Positions 61,601-64,000 of a DNA stretch of 64,000 nucleotides are shown one piece after another. The DNA is taken from NCBI GenBank assembly GCA_965214095.1, contig OZ243938.1, forward strand, positions 2,880,001 to 2,944,000, given 5' to 3'. Under the pieces are notes generated by a model that made no database searches, was not told the DNA's origin, and saw only the letters and a list, made by a program, of their open reading frames with translations. The translations under genes and the position numbers were made by a program. Origin of the DNA: Candidatus Poribacteria bacterium. Its GTDB lineage: Bacteria; Poribacteria; WGA-4E; WGA-3G. The first letter of the stretch is position 1, and each line of letters begins with the position of its first letter.

Positions 61601-61985
61601 TAATATACTTGCCTGCACTAACAACTATGATATTGCCTTATGGGATCTTAGTATTCCAACTGAACCGTTGGTTATTGGATCATTAGATTCAGCCTATACC
61701 TATAAGAAAGTTGTAACCTTTTCTCCTGATGGTACAATTTGGGTTGAAGCACATTATCTCATGGATAAATGGTTCTGTGAAGCACAGATTCAACTAAAGG
61801 AGTCGGTAACAGATAATATACTCTTAACACTTTATGGTCATACTGAACCAATAAATGCCTTAGCCTTTTCACCTGATGGAGAAACACTTGCAAGTGGTTC
61901 TGAAGATGGTACTGTGTTATTATGGGATTGGGATAACATACTAAACGATATCCGATTCAATAATAGATTGACGCATGACAGATAA
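58623..61985 (+). CDS. Probable lipoprotein with internalin-like LRRs and WD40 repeats
   Basis: ILN-C after a hydrophobic stretch; about 16 22-aa LRRs; LPAGAIARLGKG; WD40 repeats; RBS AGGAGG. Confidence 0.9.
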   Translation: MKQLSIILLVLLSISILNCSQPNQSAEYVDISDENLAEVIRTKLELLPHEPIPIKQLSELTELTIPAQQEIKNLKGLENATGLTKLQIYSNYEIRNLSPLANLTELRELSVFTNKVSNLKPLRNLSKLTVLSFQRNRISNLKPLEKLTNLEVLYISQNPISDLTPLKNLKNLKTLWLAENSKLRDISPIAELTQLTGLTLDKIEIKDLSPIAALKDLTTLRLNDNYINDITPLSELTNLTELHIYHNQVKDISPLAGLADLTTLHLHSSIHDITPLKGLTKLTQLMLYANYIKDITPLSGLTNLTELRLEDNQITDITPLEALTDLTLLWLYKNQISDINPLHGMTKLVSLDLYRNNIQDISPLTGMTELKGLFLGGNDITSIEPLRDLTQLTHLGLAYNSIEDISPIENFQLLEYLKLRQNPVRDFTPLEKLRQNIPDLHQPVPKHIRRTRSVRSVYERHETQAGLPAGAIARLGKGGINVMQFSPDGKKLAVGTDVGLKMYDVTTGNEIDVPSKIVAEVNALAFSQDSSMLACGGASNPVIQLWNLQNGTQLPSIPIPYEGRTNSRPIYSVSALAFSNNNAKLINVSGDGKVSHWDISTSSNTPMVDYYRYARSKVIAISTDGSNFANGLHDGKVQLWDSSKEKPLATFKGHSRGLGIFKIFKKKNSIRQQVDVTALAFSLDGELLASGSKDKTVRLWETKNRKSVQTFEGHTGWITSVAFSNDSNILASGDTSSNLRLWDTNSGEELKSLQGHRNTIVALTFAPDNKTLASGSADGTIRFWDVNDSEETSVFTTGHTESVMVGAFSSDSTTFTAAMFNGTVQKYDIKTLKELSSFVANKHNITDSVVLSPDASLYASQSVEKSVAFNMYGTKTDITYDANPDRSELSLWDLSTGEQLPAQQPAEDMVFSPNNKYVARITSDNVIVSDVRNGDEFFRYETNSNSVLFSPDSALLVTGSSFSDTSEVWNVKRKQKLASFSRNNRPIAFTPDGNILACTNNYDIALWDLSIPTEPLVIGSLDSAYTYKKVVTFSPDGTIWVEAHYLMDKWFCEAQIQLKESVTDNILLTLYGHTEPINALAFSPDGETLASGSEDGTVLLWDWDNILNDIRFNNRLTHDR

Positions 61986-62008
61986 CAACAAAACAGCGAG
62001 ACAAAGAA

Positions 62009-64000
62009 ATGATTAAAAAACACCTATCAATAATCACTATACTTATAGTGTTCGTGACGATTCAGTCTATCCAAGCACAAACAAAACTCTTGAGAGGACT
62101 ACCCGATGATGCCATTGCACGACTTGGAAAAGGTGGTATCAATGTTATACAATTTTCACCTGATGGAACGCATCTTGCTGTTGGAACTGATATCGGTGTA
62201 CGACTGTATAATGTTGCAACAAAACAAGAAATATCGCTCCCTAACAGAATCGTTGGACAGATCAACACTATAGCCTTTTCAAAAGAGGGACGTATACTCG
62301 CTTGCGGTGGATATTTTAATCCTATAATCCAGTTATGGGATATAGAGTTCGGAGTGGAACTTCCATCGCTACAATCATCAAAACCCCAGGCTTATATCGA
62401 GTGGGAACATTTTCCCATACATTCGGTCATCGCATTGGCTTTTTCAGAGAATGGAAGAACACTTGTTGGTGTAGATTATGAAGGACTGTTCACATACTGG
62501 GATATAAACTCACAACAGATAGAATCAGAACAGCGACAATATACCATTTTGGATATATACGCATCCACATTATCACAGGATGGACGCACGTTCATTACTG
62601 GCAGAGAAAATGGTGAAATCTCAATATGGAATACACAGACAGGTAGCAGAGATGCAATTCTCAAAGGACACAAACCCTTTTTTAAATGGTCAAAACGCAA
62701 TCCGAGAATACGTGCATTGGCATTCTCACCTGATAGAACTACATTTGCAAGTGGGAGTAAAGACAAGACTGTGCGTCTGTGGGATACAGAACGTCGTAAA
62801 AGGAAAGCAACGTTGAAAGGTCATAAGGCTTGGGTCACTGCAATTGCTTTTTCCCATAATGGAGATACAGTGGCAAGCGGTGATTCGAATGGACATATCA
62901 GGATTTGGGATACACGAAGAAAGCGTTTGAAGACAAAACTTGATAGTCATACAAATAGTATCATTTCGCTTGCATTCTCACCAGATGGGAGAATATTTGC
63001 AAGTGGGAGTGCAGATGGAACGATCCAACTATGGGATTCCAATTCCTGGAAAGAACCTGTTACTTTGGATACCGATTATACAGAGTTGGTCAGAGCAATA
63101 GCATTCTCACCTGACAATACAACTGTCTCTACAGCAATGTATAATAATACAGTGCAGAAATACGATGCGCAGACAGGAGACTTGTTATCCAATTTCAATA
63201 AGGCAAACCAACAGACAACATACTCAGTTGCGATATCACCTGATGCAAGCCTACTTGCCTGCCATCCGGTCCAAGGAAATATCGTTTTCAATGCAAAGGA
63301 AAAATGGCACATGGAATATAGGTATCAGGGACACGAGAAAATCCAAGTGTGGGATTTAGATACAGGTCAAGAACTTCCTACAATAATGAATGCTTTTGGT
63401 AGGATGGTGTTTACCCCTGATAGTAATTATATCTCTTGTACTTCATCTGAAGGGGTTGAGGTTTGGGTCTCTTGGACCTCCTTAGGATCTTATTCTTATG
63501 GAAGTGACGATGGAATCTATCTTTGGAATGTAAGAACTGGGGATAAGCTATATCATTTGGAACAAAAGGATATGTATGAATCCGAGTCTATGGCTATTTC
63601 TCCTGACGGTACTAAACTTGTTACACCCGGAGATAGCCGCAGGTTTGGAACACTTATATGGAATATTGAGAAGTCTGATGAACCTATTTCACTCGCTGAG
63701 GATGCTGATGCCGCGGCTTTTTCACCCGATGGTGCAATCCTTGCAACAACACGGAATTTTGATAAACATTTATGGGATACTGAAACGGGGGAGATGTTGC
63801 GTGAAATTCGTCCCCGAGGACCGAATGCAGCGGAAGGGAGGAATATAACCTTCTCACCTGAAGGTTCATTAATCCTTGTTTCAAAAGTCGAACCTATAAT
63901 GCCATTTCCATCAGATTTCATTGAAATCATTGACGTTGTTTCGGGCAAAACTTTACGCTCCCTTCCTGGCCATACAGAACCTATTGAAACATTGGTTTTC
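62009..64000 (+). CDS. Secreted WD40 repeat protein, paralog of the two preceding genes without LRRs (runs off window)
   Basis: MIKKHLSIITILIVFVTIQSIQA-QTKLLRGLPDDAIARLGKGGIN...; the frame is consistent with ...LPGHTEPIETLVF at the window end; absent from the ORF track because it has no stop. Confidence 0.88.
   Translation, partial: MIKKHLSIITILIVFVTIQSIQAQTKLLRGLPDDAIARLGKGGINVIQFSPDGTHLAVGTDIGVRLYNVATKQEISLPNRIVGQINTIAFSKEGRILACGGYFNPIIQLWDIEFGVELPSLQSSKPQAYIEWEHFPIHSVIALAFSENGRTLVGVDYEGLFTYWDINSQQIESEQRQYTILDIYASTLSQDGRTFITGRENGEISIWNTQTGSRDAILKGHKPFFKWSKRNPRIRALAFSPDRTTFASGSKDKTVRLWDTERRKRKATLKGHKAWVTAIAFSHNGDTVASGDSNGHIRIWDTRRKRLKTKLDSHTNSIISLAFSPDGRIFASGSADGTIQLWDSNSWKEPVTLDTDYTELVRAIAFSPDNTTVSTAMYNNTVQKYDAQTGDLLSNFNKANQQTTYSVAISPDASLLACHPVQGNIVFNAKEKWHMEYRYQGHEKIQVWDLDTGQELPTIMNAFGRMVFTPDSNYISCTSSEGVEVWVSWTSLGSYSYGSDDGIYLWNVRTGDKLYHLEQKDMYESESMAISPDGTKLVTPGDSRRFGTLIWNIEKSDEPISLAEDADAAAFSPDGAILATTRNFDKHLWDTETGEMLREIRPRGPNAAEGRNITFSPEGSLILVSKVEPIMPFPSDFIEIIDVVSGKTLRSLPGHTEPIETLVF

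Noticed and set aside
40527-64000. Diversity-generating retroelement acting on the repeat proteins
   Set aside because: There is no reverse transcriptase, and the 52072/55776 repeat is short and better explained as a deletion scar than as a TR/VR pair.

Overview
Bacterial chromosomal DNA whose gene repertoire suggests a sponge-symbiont-type genome, most likely Candidatus Poribacteria. This is an inference from the secreted WD40/TPR/LRR/LamG proteins, the C-terminal 'P.GKLTTTW..LK' tails, the PhyH dioxygenase and the sulfatase. Housekeeping and metabolic genes: partial K+-dependent membrane pyrophosphatase, ilvD, rluD, aldo-keto reductase, Ca/Na antiporter, katG, enolase-family dehydratase, sulfatase, a peptidoglycan amidase plus GH10-like hydrolase, and a PhyH dioxygenase. 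The best candidate for an undescribed system is at 18.1-23.3 kb (minus strand): an ECF sigma factor, four tandem paralogs of an unrecognised cytoplasmic alpha/beta-repeat protein, and three tandem 7Fe-type ferredoxins. They are linked by a recurring TGTAAC-N16-CATTCT promoter-like motif. Other contents: a decayed plasmid-like island (Cre-like recombinase, RHH protein, truncated parA, 17-bp-periodic iterons); several pseudogenes (internally deleted toxin, PLD-SNF2 helicase, secreted protein); two duplicated 33-aa membrane peptides; a 23-kb run of shuffled TPR/LamG/LRR/WD40 genes; and a dense, nested set of intergenic repeats in which several unrelated MITE shells carry GTAG-type REP hairpins. 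No rRNA, tRNA or CRISPR array was recognised. All family assignments come from motif recognition only; no searches were run.
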